Positions 9,821-18,887 of a stretch of 64,000 nt of DNA are shown here, piece after piece. Below the pieces are notes generated by a model. The model saw only the letters and a program-made list of their open reading frames with translations, had not been told where the DNA came from and searched no databases. This DNA comes from a virus. The position numbers and the translations under genes were made by a program. The stretch is taken from the IMG/VR virus record IMGVR_UViG_3300031469_000005, positions 32,001 to 96,000 of that record, one strand, 5' to 3'. Position 1 is the stretch's first letter; the number at the start of each line of letters is the position of its first letter.

Positions 9821-9953
9821 TCAATATTTTTAAATCATTTTCATTTTGAATTTGTTTGCATATGCTTTCAGAAATTCTGAGTAATTGTATTTTCAATGGA
9901 TTTAATCATTTCATGATACGTATTCATGAACGGGGGGTATTGTACTAGTAGTT

Positions 9954-10178
9954 ATGAGCGAGATCAGATCATTGTCGGGTGAATTCGTTGATAAACGATC
10001 CATAGAGCTACCGAACGGTCAAATGCTTGAGATCGAAATGACTCAAGCATTCATCACTCGTCTTGTTGAACAATTCAAGCTTGCGTTCGCCAGTGAGTTA
10101 ACCGATGACATGATTCGCTTGTACGTCTGGGGTTCATTGAAAAATGCGACAGACAAAGCTGAAAAGGAGATCAAGTGA
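9954..10178 (+). CDS. Hypothetical protein
   Basis: ORF coupled to next gene. Confidence 0.6.
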   Translation: MSEIRSLSGEFVDKRSIELPNGQMLEIEMTQAFITRLVEQFKLAFASELTDDMIRLYVWGSLKNATDKAEKEIK

Positions 10179-10636
10179 CCGAAAGAGGATTCTTTGCAAT
10201 CGGCATCGAACGATGCAAGACGGGACAAAACTTGGGATCACTGTGGAGGTCTGCGTACTTGAACAACGCGAGCTTCATTTTCACTGTCGGTAGACGATAC
10301 TCATTGAAGAAAGATGTCGGAATTGCTGATACAGTGAAAGCCTGGCGATCGATTCCGTTGATGCATTTCGATACCGTCGACCATTTGATCGAAGGTCTTC
10401 CGTATTCAACGCCCCTGATCGGAATTGAACTCGACGATAGGGCAAAGATGTTATCTGAGTTCACGCATCCCGAACGAGGATGCTACGTTTTGGGTTCGGA
10501 GGATCACGGTCTTTCGAAGGAAATGATCTCAAGATGTCATTCGCTTGTTAAGCTACCTGGTACGATGTCGATGAACGTTGCATGTGCGGGGGCCATCGTG
10601 ATGTACGATAGGTTCACGAAAAGAGAACAAAAATGA
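10175..10636 (+). CDS. SpoU/TrmH-family RNA 2'-O-methyltransferase
   Basis: NLGSLWRSA, VLGSEDHGL, SMNVACAGAIVMYDR SPOUT motifs. Confidence 0.9.
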   Translation: MTERGFFAIGIERCKTGQNLGSLWRSAYLNNASFIFTVGRRYSLKKDVGIADTVKAWRSIPLMHFDTVDHLIEGLPYSTPLIGIELDDRAKMLSEFTHPERGCYVLGSEDHGLSKEMISRCHSLVKLPGTMSMNVACAGAIVMYDRFTKREQK

Positions 10637-10860
10637 GTGCAGAAATTTCAGATACAGAAAGATTTGACATGCTCGTTAGCAGTATTCGTTTGCTGGAAGA
10701 GAAACTAAAATCTGCGAACGATCGCAATGCACGTCTCGTGACAATGAACGATGAACTTCGTGATCGAGCCACGATGGCCGAAAAAACGATTGAAGACATG
10801 AAAAAATTGATTGAAATCTATTCAAAGAATTTATTCGAACATGAAAGAACAAGCATATGA
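10633..10860 (+). CDS. Coiled-coil hypothetical protein
   Basis: ORF with ATGA overlaps. Confidence 0.55.
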   Translation: MSAEISDTERFDMLVSSIRLLEEKLKSANDRNARLVTMNDELRDRATMAEKTIEDMKKLIEIYSKNLFEHERTSI

Positions 10861-12080
10861 CGGGGGCGGCTGGGCATATCAGTCATTTGTATGAAAATCT
10901 TGATCTGACATTTTCGGACATTAAAAACGTCTTAACGCTTGCTTCGAAAGGAGAGCTTGAATCCGTCACTGAAAAGATCGACGGGATCAACCTCATGTTC
11001 TCTTTCGATGCCCAGAAGGGCCTTCGAGTCGCTCGTTCGACCACCGAAATGAAGATCGGTGGATTGGGTTCAATCGATCTTTCAGAGAAATTCGCCGATC
11101 GAGGCAACGTTAAAGCAGCATTCAGCACGGGCTTTGAGATGCTCGAAAAAGCAATCAGCGTCATTCCTGAGCACGATATCCTCAAGATCTTTGGAACGAA
11201 ATTGAACCGTTGGTTCTCCGTCGAGATAGTGTACTCACCCTTGGTTAACGTCATCAATTACGATGGAAACCATCTCGTTTTTCATGAATCGCCCGTCATT
11301 GAGATGAATCATGGATTGATTGCGAAATCTGCGAACGTCAACCTCGGAAAATCACTTGGAATGTACATGCACTCGATGCAAACCGCGTTGACGATGAAGA
11401 ACTGGAAAGTTTCAGCCCCCGTCTTCATCAAAATGCAAGCAATGAGCGATGGGTCGGTATTGACGAAACACTTGAGCGCGATAGAATCCGCAATGACGAT
11501 TGCGAACGTGAACGATTCAAATACGATTCGTGACTACCTGTACGGCATGGCAACATTCGAACTTGAATCGTTCGGTTGGCAACGCAAGATCGTTGATGCT
11601 ATTGCAAATCGCATTGCAAAGAAGCCAGATGCTCAGAACCTCATTCAATTGAAAAAGTTGGTGGGTTCGGCGGATCGTGATCGTTTGGATGCGTTCGTAA
11701 AGAACGAGAACACGATGAAGAAACGTTGGCTTCAACCGATCGAAAGCGCGATAACAAGCCTATCGATTGACATTCTCGGGTCACTTCGATCATCTTTTAT
11801 GGGTAACCATGCATCGGAAGTGAAGAGGCTTAGAGACCGTCTCACGAAAGCAATCGGTGCCATTCAACAAAGCAACGATGCGAATGCGGTGAACGTATTG
11901 ACGACGCAAATGCAACGTTTAGGAGATGTTGATAACGTGTCAAGCTCAATGGAAGGAATCGTCTTTACGTACAAAGGTCAGACGTACAAGTTCTGCGGAG
12001 CTTTCGCGCTGTTGAATCAGATCTTGGCTTTATTCAAGTTCGGGTCAATGTCGAGCTTCGATCTTGACGCTGGACTGTGA
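10857..12080 (+). CDS. RNA-ligase-like covalent nucleotidyltransferase
   Basis: Motif I TEKIDG, motif IV MEGIVF, motif V YKF; N-terminal GAAGHISH. Confidence 0.6.
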   Translation: MTGAAGHISHLYENLDLTFSDIKNVLTLASKGELESVTEKIDGINLMFSFDAQKGLRVARSTTEMKIGGLGSIDLSEKFADRGNVKAAFSTGFEMLEKAISVIPEHDILKIFGTKLNRWFSVEIVYSPLVNVINYDGNHLVFHESPVIEMNHGLIAKSANVNLGKSLGMYMHSMQTALTMKNWKVSAPVFIKMQAMSDGSVLTKHLSAIESAMTIANVNDSNTIRDYLYGMATFELESFGWQRKIVDAIANRIAKKPDAQNLIQLKKLVGSADRDRLDAFVKNENTMKKRWLQPIESAITSLSIDILGSLRSSFMGNHASEVKRLRDRLTKAIGAIQQSNDANAVNVLTTQMQRLGDVDNVSSSMEGIVFTYKGQTYKFCGAFALLNQILALFKFGSMSSFDLDAGL

Positions 12081-12460
12081 ACGATTCGAGCGTGTTCGGG
12101 CAAACGTATCATCTTTCATCAAAGAAAACACAAGATTGTTCATGGTATATAATTGACTTGATGTACGGAAAACAGGTTTACTTTTGCAACAATTGCGGTT
12201 CAAAGAAGTACACGGAACTTCCGAACGTCATGGGGCGGGCGTGGCGTTGTTGTTCCAGCAAGTGTCTCAATGACATCCTTTTGAAGGAATCACGGTCAAT
12301 ATGTGGGGATTCGAGCGAGGATCCAGATGTTGCATTTCGTCGAATGGTTACCGACGCAGAAGAAGCGCTGAGAAAATGTCGAGAGGGTGAAATTCAACCA
12401 CCGATCGTCGTTCAAGATGGGGCAAGAGGTTATACCACACCACGAGGTGACACGAAATGA
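12077..12460 (+). CDS. Cys-rich (Zn-finger-like) hypothetical protein
   Basis: CNNCG...CCSSKC. Confidence 0.55.
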   Translation: MNDSSVFGQTYHLSSKKTQDCSWYIIDLMYGKQVYFCNNCGSKKYTELPNVMGRAWRCCSSKCLNDILLKESRSICGDSSEDPDVAFRRMVTDAEEALRKCREGEIQPPIVVQDGARGYTTPRGDTK

Positions 12461-12561
12461 ACATATTCGACGTTGCAGGAACGATGATGTTCATCTATGG
12501 GATCATTTTGATTGTCATGTATTTTGTGAAAAGGAATTCTTCGAAGAGGAAATCAAAGTGA
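12457..12561 (+). CDS. Small membrane peptide (34 aa)
   Basis: Read from sequence; TM plus basic tail; overlaps both neighbours. Confidence 0.5.
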   Translation: MNIFDVAGTMMFIYGIILIVMYFVKRNSSKRKSK

Positions 12562-13382
12562 ACGAAGGTGGGAGGGTATTTCCCACCTCGATGCCGGTGT
12601 CATTGGGTCAGTACGCAAAGTTCATTCGCACCGAGCTCTACGAATTCCTACGAAAATACGACTTGGATAACTTCCACGGTATCGGTTCAACTGGCAAAGC
12701 TCCGACAATGCAGGACGTTGATCTCGCTTGCGAAAGCGAGTTGACTCGTAATGAGGTATACGACAAGCTCGTCCAGGACTTGGGAACAGAGAAGGTCAAG
12801 AAAGTTGGATCAATCGGGTTATCATTGCTGTACAACGACGAAATTCAGGTCGACGTGTTCATTGGTGACATTCGATACCTGCGATGGTCGAGAGCGTCAT
12901 GCTCATACAGGAACGGTTACGGGTTGCTCAAGGGCGCGTTTCGAAACATGCTTCTGAACTCGACATTGAGGGTTCAATCATCGAAGGAATTCAAGAGCGA
13001 AGATCCGTTGCTTAGAACGCGACGAACGCTCGATTTCGACACGGGTTTCTACCTCGTGAAGCAAACGAAGCACGGAAAAACGGTTGAGCTAAAGGATTGG
13101 AAAACGACGGATCGAGAATTCATCACTAACGTTCCGGATGACATTGTCTATGCAATCCTGGGCAACGACGGATGGCAATGGAAATCACGGTACGTACGCT
13201 CCGTCGAGGAGCTTGTTCCACTTTTGAAGCGATCAATCAAGACTCGAGACTACGCTCAAGAGATCTTTGAAGAATTCATGAAGGACGTTAACTCGCTCGA
13301 CAGGTCCGTCAAGATGTTCGGAAAGCAACCCGACCTCGTGCTCGATCTGCTTCAGAACGTGATCGATAACAAGGACGTTTAG
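12558..13382 (+). CDS. DNA polymerase beta-superfamily nucleotidyltransferase
   Basis: GIGSTGK...DVDL and IQVDVF catalytic motifs; start at GTG 12558 (MNEGGRVF). Confidence 0.7.
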   Translation: MNEGGRVFPTSMPVSLGQYAKFIRTELYEFLRKYDLDNFHGIGSTGKAPTMQDVDLACESELTRNEVYDKLVQDLGTEKVKKVGSIGLSLLYNDEIQVDVFIGDIRYLRWSRASCSYRNGYGLLKGAFRNMLLNSTLRVQSSKEFKSEDPLLRTRRTLDFDTGFYLVKQTKHGKTVELKDWKTTDREFITNVPDDIVYAILGNDGWQWKSRYVRSVEELVPLLKRSIKTRDYAQEIFEEFMKDVNSLDRSVKMFGKQPDLVLDLLQNVIDNKDV

Positions 13383-13400
13383 TTGTTCAAATAAAGATAT

Positions 13401-13766
13401 TTATTTGAGATTCAAAGCGTTGCGGACGTTGCATACGTCGGCGAGAATGACGGCTACTTTCTTCGCAAGCTCGAGCTCAACCTCAGAAGGAACGTGAGGT
13501 TTCACTTTGGCTTGGCTTTGTGCAAGCAATGTCTTAGCGAGCGAAAGCGTCATCGTCACATTTCGAATCACTACGTCGTCGAGCGAAAAACGTTGAGCCG
13601 AACCTAGAACGTGAGAAACACGGGCCAATTTAGTTGAGCGACTCGCAGAGTACGCATAGACGTCAGGTTGGCAAACTACCTGTTTCTTGACGAGATCTAA
13701 GTTGATGACCACGAATTGTTCGCCCGTGGCCTTCACCGTTGCGACTCGTTGTGTGTTCGTTTCCAT
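13401..13766 (-). CDS. Hypothetical protein
   Basis: ORF preceded by GTGTT-class promoter. Confidence 0.65.
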   Translation of the reverse strand: METNTQRVATVKATGEQFVVINLDLVKKQVVCQPDVYAYSASRSTKLARVSHVLGSAQRFSLDDVVIRNVTMTLSLAKTLLAQSQAKVKPHVPSEVELELAKKVAVILADVCNVRNALNLK

Positions 13767-13803
13767 ATGCTGATCTTATCACGATTCATGAAAGAAAACA
13801 CAA
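13767..13803 (-). promoter_or_regulatory. Class A promoter GTGTT-N14-TGATAAGAT
   Basis: Minus strand GTGTTTTCTTTCATGAATCGTGATAAGATCAGCATATG. Confidence 0.7.
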
Positions 13804-13821
13804 AAATGACATGTCTTATAA

Positions 13822-14751
13822 TTGATCATGCGTTCAATCCACGATGCCTTGATTCAAGAGACGCAAACAAAGAAGCTCGTGAAGCTCTTCAACCTGAAGA
13901 AACGGAACTCGAAAGAGGTTCGTAAAGCGTCGCGTCTTGAATTGTTCCAGTGGATCGCGTTGCATGAACGAAACGTTCGTAATGGGGCATTCTACGATGA
14001 TGTCAGCCTGCAGCTTCGTCATGGACGAAACAGCGACGAAGGAGTTGGGCATTCTGAATTGGCAATCAGGCATATGTTGGGCCTTGAGTTGAACACGAAC
14101 GGTACCACGAGCTCTCTCGACATCAAGGAGGAGAATTACCAAGGCGAGATAAAAGAAGTTCAGGGGACCGACGGAGCATTCATTGAAATAAAACTCAACA
14201 AGAACGCAAGGGAAGCTTGGAACGATTGTAGAAGGCGTATTCAAGAACATCCCGCTTTTTCTTCGTTGAATTCCGAATTGCTTCGATCGATTGAACGCGG
14301 TGAACTCGCATGTGGAACGATATCAAGGCTACCACTTGAGTTAAAGAAGATCATTGACGTTGATCTCGACCCGGTATTGACAATGAGGCACGAACGCAGG
14401 ATGTACTGTGGAGCAAAAGAATGCTACGTCGTGATTGAAAATGACGATTATCGACATGCGTGGATCAAGCCTCATGTCACGATGGGAGGATGCATCAAGT
14501 ACTCGTTGTCACGCCGCTACCTCGTTCTCAGAATCCTGAGGTTGCTCGCTCGTCCCGATTTTGAGTCGATTGAGATTCAATCAAGAAACAAACGAAGCGA
14601 AAGATCGTTCGTCGTGAAGGTAAACGAACGATCTTTCGAACACGATGATTGTCACATGAGAATTGACGAGAAGGAATACTCATTGAGAAACGTCATCAGT
14701 TCCTACGAACGATTGTTCAAGAATTTGATGTTGCCGCTATCCGCGCCTTGA
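13822..14751 (+). CDS. Putative PD-(D/E)xK restriction-endonuclease-like protein
   Basis: G.SE...LDI...GEIKEV arrangement. Confidence 0.4.
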   Translation: MIMRSIHDALIQETQTKKLVKLFNLKKRNSKEVRKASRLELFQWIALHERNVRNGAFYDDVSLQLRHGRNSDEGVGHSELAIRHMLGLELNTNGTTSSLDIKEENYQGEIKEVQGTDGAFIEIKLNKNAREAWNDCRRRIQEHPAFSSLNSELLRSIERGELACGTISRLPLELKKIIDVDLDPVLTMRHERRMYCGAKECYVVIENDDYRHAWIKPHVTMGGCIKYSLSRRYLVLRILRLLARPDFESIEIQSRNKRSERSFVVKVNERSFEHDDCHMRIDEKEYSLRNVISSYERLFKNLMLPLSAP

Positions 14752-14792
14752 TCGATCGACAAAGGTATTTGAAACGAGCACCGCCTTCATTT

Positions 14793-15191
14793 TTACCAAA
14801 AATCTTTCCGAAAAACGAATTGTCTGATCATTGATCCCAGCATCGTTCGTAGCCTTCGTTGCAATGCTGCGTCAAGAATGTTCCCGTAGATGCTTTTCAA
14901 GAGGATGCAAAGCAATTCAATTTTCGTTGAAAAATTCTTGACGCACTCATCCTTCATTGAGTCGCTGCAATTTTCGAAGTTCGTCCCATTTGCCCAACGC
15001 ATCGATGTTTGCATGTCTTTCATGCAAGATTCGACCGCGGGGAACGATTCAAAGATCCATGAAATGTCGATGTACAGTACGTTTCCAGCAATGAAATCAA
15101 TGACATCGTTCACGTCAGATTCAACGGATTCCGCTTTCAGAACCTCTCGCATCTCGTTGATGCTTTCTTGTTGATCTATCGTCAACATCAT
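14793..15191 (-). CDS. Hypothetical protein
   Basis: ORF coupled to the acyltransferase. Confidence 0.55.
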   Translation of the reverse strand: MMLTIDQQESINEMREVLKAESVESDVNDVIDFIAGNVLYIDISWIFESFPAVESCMKDMQTSMRWANGTNFENCSDSMKDECVKNFSTKIELLCILLKSIYGNILDAALQRRLRTMLGSMIRQFVFRKDFW

Positions 15192-16279
15192 GCCTCAACC
15201 TTACCATGCAATCTACCTTGAAATAGTACATTCGTTCTCTCGATGACGTTCTTTCTCCAGCGAACCAAGGTTGCATTCGATTCCACGAGATTGAATCCCA
15301 GATGCGACGCAATCATGACCAAGGTTACCAATACAACCCATTCAAAGAACTCTGCAAGACCGTTCTGGGGCCTTCCAAGAAAGTGTAGCATCACACCCAT
15401 GACGATGTAGTGAAACAAGTACGTTGAATACGATGTCTCACCGAACCTAACGAGAAGTTTCGTTATCGAACCCGTTCGAGGAATCACTGGCTCGAACAAG
15501 AGACCCGCGGTGACAATCCCGAAGGCTGACAGCAACCTCATGCCATCGAGGTCGAGATACAGGAAGCTTAGCGAGGGAGCGAGAATCATTGATGCGATTA
15601 ACGTGGAATTCTTTTCAACGAGACATGAAATGCGAGGAATGTATTTCTTGAATGTTTCAACGTTCAAGTACGACCAACCCAGCACGATTCCCAAGACGAA
15701 CTCGTAGAGCTTTCGGGTTCCCAACACCGCCCCGTAGAACCAATCCCTTTGCCAGACGATAGGTACAAGCATGAGAACGATACAACATGTTACGAAGCGA
15801 AACCTTCGTCCGAATGAAAAACACAATGCGAGCAAAACGTAGAAGAAGATTTCGATGTTCAACGTCCAACCAACGATCAGTGGAGGAAACGGTCCCAATC
15901 CCGCGGGATTTTCAGTTGGAACGAACAACAGGCTCGAAATCAATGTCTTGATGTTCCAGTCTGTGTACGAAAACTCGGCTGGAAAGATGAACTTCATCGA
16001 GATGATGATGAATGTTGCCAACCAGTACGCAGGAACGATCCTGAACATTCGGTTCAACAGGAATGTCTTTGCATCGTGCTCCTTCGACGTTGCAGCATAA
16101 AAAATGATGAAACCGCTGATGATGAAGAAAATGTCGACGCCGAAGTTTCCTTGCTGGGCAAAAAACCCCGCGAACGTTGATGACAACTCTCTGCCGAAAT
16201 GATGAAGAACGACGAGCCAGGCAGCGAGAGCCCTCAGGATCTGAATTGATTGAATGCTTGAACGAGTGTTGGAATTCAT
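15188..16279 (-). CDS. Acyltransferase family 3 (OafA/ExoZ-like membrane O-acyltransferase)
   Basis: IQILRALAA.LVV..H, GVDIFFIISGF, RMFRIVP.YW, WTL.IE.FFY, GETSYSTYL.H; about 10 TMs. Confidence 0.92.
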   Translation of the reverse strand: MNSNTRSSIQSIQILRALAAWLVVLHHFGRELSSTFAGFFAQQGNFGVDIFFIISGFIIFYAATSKEHDAKTFLLNRMFRIVPAYWLATFIIISMKFIFPAEFSYTDWNIKTLISSLLFVPTENPAGLGPFPPLIVGWTLNIEIFFYVLLALCFSFGRRFRFVTCCIVLMLVPIVWQRDWFYGAVLGTRKLYEFVLGIVLGWSYLNVETFKKYIPRISCLVEKNSTLIASMILAPSLSFLYLDLDGMRLLSAFGIVTAGLLFEPVIPRTGSITKLLVRFGETSYSTYLFHYIVMGVMLHFLGRPQNGLAEFFEWVVLVTLVMIASHLGFNLVESNATLVRWRKNVIERTNVLFQGRLHGKVEA

Positions 16280-16470
16280 TGTTGAAATTTATCCCGTTGT
16301 GATTTTGCCCAGACGAAACCGGATTGTATAATCTTATCACAACTTTCGTGTGATGAACCAAATCGTGGATGCCAGGATGAAAGAACTTTGCAATGATCGA
16401 CCTCGAACGTGAAAGCGACCCAGATCGTGATCCACACGATCAGTATTGCGAACGTGGTGTACTTTTTCAT
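16276..16470 (-). CDS. Small membrane protein
   Basis: MKKYTTFAILIVW..., overlaps both neighbours. Confidence 0.45.
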   Translation of the reverse strand: MKKYTTFAILIVWITIWVAFTFEVDHCKVLSSWHPRFGSSHESCDKIIQSGFVWAKSQRDKFQQ

Positions 16471-16718
16471 TTGTTCTTTCGTCTTGGAACGTGCATCCAG
16501 TACTTCACGCTGAAGTGCGTGAAGAAATTGTCTATGATTCCGTTCGTGCAAAGCAATGTTGTTAGGAACTTATCATGATCGATGAAAAGCACGATACAAG
16601 CCTTCATTGAACCTTGATCTTGAGACTTTGATACCACTAAGTCGCCAGGCATGATGCATTCAAAGTGATCACATTCCTGTATCGAACAACTTGGCGTGTT
16701 CTCGTCAATGAATATCAT
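16467..16718 (-). CDS. Small PGD-family protein
   Basis: IMPGDLVV motif. Confidence 0.55.
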   Translation of the reverse strand: MIFIDENTPSCSIQECDHFECIMPGDLVVSKSQDQGSMKACIVLFIDHDKFLTTLLCTNGIIDNFFTHFSVKYWMHVPRRKNK

Positions 16719-16854
16719 TTCTTACCATGTACGCAAGAAAGTTTTCGCAATCAAGGGCACTTTGGTTATTGGGTCTTTTGGTGACCCTGAAGTGCTCAAC
16801 CATCATTGCTGCGAATCGTGCATCCGACATCGTCTTTTGCTTTGATGTTTCCAT
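16705..16854 (-). CDS. Small hypothetical protein (49 aa, METSKQK...)
   Basis: Read from sequence; GGAGG RBS upstream. Confidence 0.55.
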   Translation of the reverse strand: METSKQKTMSDARFAAMMVEHFRVTKRPNNQSALDCENFLAYMVRNDIH

Positions 16855-16874
16855 GCGACCTCCTTGGTCAAAAA

Positions 16875-17048
16875 TTATTCTTCGTTGCAGGCGAGCTTGT
16901 TAGCTCTGCGTGCTGCTTTACGAGATCGGCGGACGTATTCTTTTCGAACGCGTTCCACGCCGTTGTGCCCCGCCTTGACGGTCCCGAACGAGCAACACCC
17001 GTAGTAGCAGGACCGATTCTGGATTCGAGAATTTCCGTAGGCTTTCAT
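16875..17048 (-). CDS. Small basic protein (57 aa, MKAYGNSR...GCC...RKAARR)
   Basis: Read from sequence; preceded by GTGTT...TGATAGGTT promoter. Confidence 0.6.
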   Translation of the reverse strand: MKAYGNSRIQNRSCYYGCCSFGTVKAGHNGVERVRKEYVRRSRKAARRANKLACNEE

Positions 17049-17083
17049 GATCTAAACCTATCACTTTCGACAAGGAAGAACAC

Positions 17084-17262
17084 TTATTCCGAGAAGTTTT
17101 TGCATCAAGCGCATCAACGAAACGCATGTCATGTTGATCGACCGTTTTGTCATTGGGATCGCGAGACGCGTTGTACGTTGCCCTTGCATCTTTGATGCTC
17201 ATGCCCGTGACATCGATACCGCAGTTCTTCCCGAGAGCAACAATGTTTGCGTTAACCTTCAT
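17084..17262 (-). CDS. Hypothetical protein; probable stop near 17084 missed because of a homopolymer indel
   Basis: Class A promoter upstream; one more A in the A5 run at 17097-17101 gives ...DAKNFSE* just before the next promoter. Confidence 0.5.
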
Positions 17263-17267
17263 GATCA

Positions 17268-17555
17268 GATCATATCATGTTCGGAAACGAAAACACTATG
17301 ATGTGTAGTAGATCTGCTCGGGATCGAATCCGGCTTTTCTGCATGCCGTTTCGGCTTCCGGGGCACTCGAGAAATATCCGTGCCATCCGTGCTTTAGGTT
17401 ACCATCTTTTCCGGCGGCACGGAACCATGTGAATCCTCCGGATCGGTCGTACACCAGCGTGGACTTAGCCTCCACCTGAGCGTCGGTTGCGACCGGTTTA
17501 TAAATCGCTTTATTCATAGAGAGAATCATATCATGTTCGGAGACGAAAAACACTA
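17268..17555 (-). repeat. Near-identical ~31-bp promoter repeat at about 17268-17298 and 17525-17555
   Basis: ATCATATCATGTTCGGA(A/G)ACGAAAA(A)CACTAT occurs twice. Confidence 0.85.
17296..17517 (-). CDS. Hypothetical protein (MNKAIYKP...)
   Basis: Start placed at the ATG after the class A promoter. Confidence 0.6.
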   Translation of the reverse strand: MNKAIYKPVATDAQVEAKSTLVYDRSGGFTWFRAAGKDGNLKHGWHGYFSSAPEAETACRKAGFDPEQIYYTS

Positions 17556-17858
17556 TTTGTTTGGTTCAAATCGAACGGATTCTTCGTTGAAGTACAAGCA
17601 ACCGAGAGCATGACGATTCTTCCGTCGATCCTGTGTGTAAAGGATGACGGAACCACGATCAATCGCGACCTGATCAAGAACGCCGCGACCCGTTTGTGTC
17701 AAATTGATGCTTGAACACATGCTTCCAAGCTTTGTCAAGAATTCGCGATTCGGATCGATCGGAGAGATCTTTATCGTGATTCGATCCGCGGCGATCGTTA
17801 TCTTGCTGTGACTTCCTCCGTCACGAGTTGGAACGATCTCAATTTTTTTGCCTGACAT
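17553..17858 (-). CDS. Hypothetical protein
   Basis: GGAG RBS upstream. Confidence 0.6.
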   Translation of the reverse strand: MSGKKIEIVPTRDGGSHSKITIAADRITIKISPIDPNREFLTKLGSMCSSINLTQTGRGVLDQVAIDRGSVILYTQDRRKNRHALGCLYFNEESVRFEPNK

Positions 17859-17867
17859 TGTGTTCTC

Positions 17868-18197
17868 CTAAAGTTTGAACAGCGAATCATCGTTTCGTGA
17901 ATCGAGGATCGCATTCTCGATCTTGTACCGTCTCACGTTGAATTCGTGAATCCTAAGATCGTTGAGCAACGCTAACATTCTTGTCTTGAGATCATCGAAC
18001 GAATTCCCCCTACCCGTGCAAAACGCATCGTTGTTGCTGATCTCGAATTCCTTGCTTTTTCGTTTCTCCATGAGAAGCTTTGCAACGTGAAACGATCTTT
18101 CCTTGCAAAGTTGCTTGAAAAGATCGAGTCGTTCATCGAACACGGGATCGATGGTAACGTGAGATTCGTAGTAGAGGGAAAATGTATCGAGGTTCAT
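17868..18197 (-). CDS. Phage hypothetical protein (YYESHVT...RYKIE)
   Basis: ORF with ATGA overlap. Confidence 0.6.
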   Translation of the reverse strand: MNLDTFSLYYESHVTIDPVFDERLDLFKQLCKERSFHVAKLLMEKRKSKEFEISNNDAFCTGRGNSFDDLKTRMLALLNDLRIHEFNVRRYKIENAILDSRNDDSLFKL

Positions 18198-18538
18198 TCG
18201 GTTCTTTTTGATCGCTGTAACTTCGCTTCGATGCATTCGAGCGCCGTCTGAAATTCTGCTCGATCGTCACGTTCCGCGGCATCGATCGCGTCCTCGAGAA
18301 GATCTGTGACGTCGTTCACCGCCGCGGCCTTATCGGCGTTCGATGAATTGTTGTCGTAGTTCGCCAGGAATTGTCGAGGAGTCACACCATTGATCGACAT
18401 CGAGTGGGAGAGAGTCCTGAGAACGTTCACGCTCGTCGATGCTTGTCCGAATTGATCAACGAACGGGGGCTTCTCGACCTCGGCTTTTCGCACGTACTTG
18501 ATCTTGAGCTTGCTGTTCGATTCGGGTTTTTGAGGCAT
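18194..18538 (-). CDS. Hypothetical protein
   Basis: Class A-like promoter GTGTC...TGATACAAT upstream. Confidence 0.6.
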   Translation of the reverse strand: MPQKPESNSKLKIKYVRKAEVEKPPFVDQFGQASTSVNVLRTLSHSMSINGVTPRQFLANYDNNSSNADKAAAVNDVTDLLEDAIDAAERDDRAEFQTALECIEAKLQRSKRTE

Positions 18539-18557
18539 ATTTCATTGTATCATCGTT

Positions 18558-18887
18558 TCAAACAAATGACACGATCCAATCGGCTCGATGCAATTCTTGG
18601 TTGACGTGGTACGTGTGATGCCTCAATTTTTGATTTGAGTTGATCGTCGTGATCTGAACGAAGACGTCATCACTCGGCTTTACGCTGACTCCAACCGATT
18701 CAAGGATACCCGTACACGATACAACTGATATGACGAGCTCCACCGGATATCGAGCCCAAAAATTTGTCGTTCCCGCCGTTCTGGTGATGAACATTTTCTT
18801 GTTGAGAAGCATTGTTCCCGGCTTGATGTCGAGCCAGTGAATGCGTGTGTCAAGACTTTGCGACATGAGCTTCGTATGCACGGACAA
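18558..18887 (-). CDS. Small PGD-family protein
   Basis: WLDIKPGTML motif. Confidence 0.5.
   Translation of the reverse strand: MSVHTKLMSQSLDTRIHWLDIKPGTMLLNKKMFITRTAGTTNFWARYPVELVISVVSCTGILESVGVSVKPSDDVFVQITTINSNQKLRHHTYHVNQELHRADWIVSFV

Noticed and set aside
17268-17555. CRISPR-like repeat pair
   Set aside because: Only two copies about 257 nt apart enclosing a gene; they are promoters
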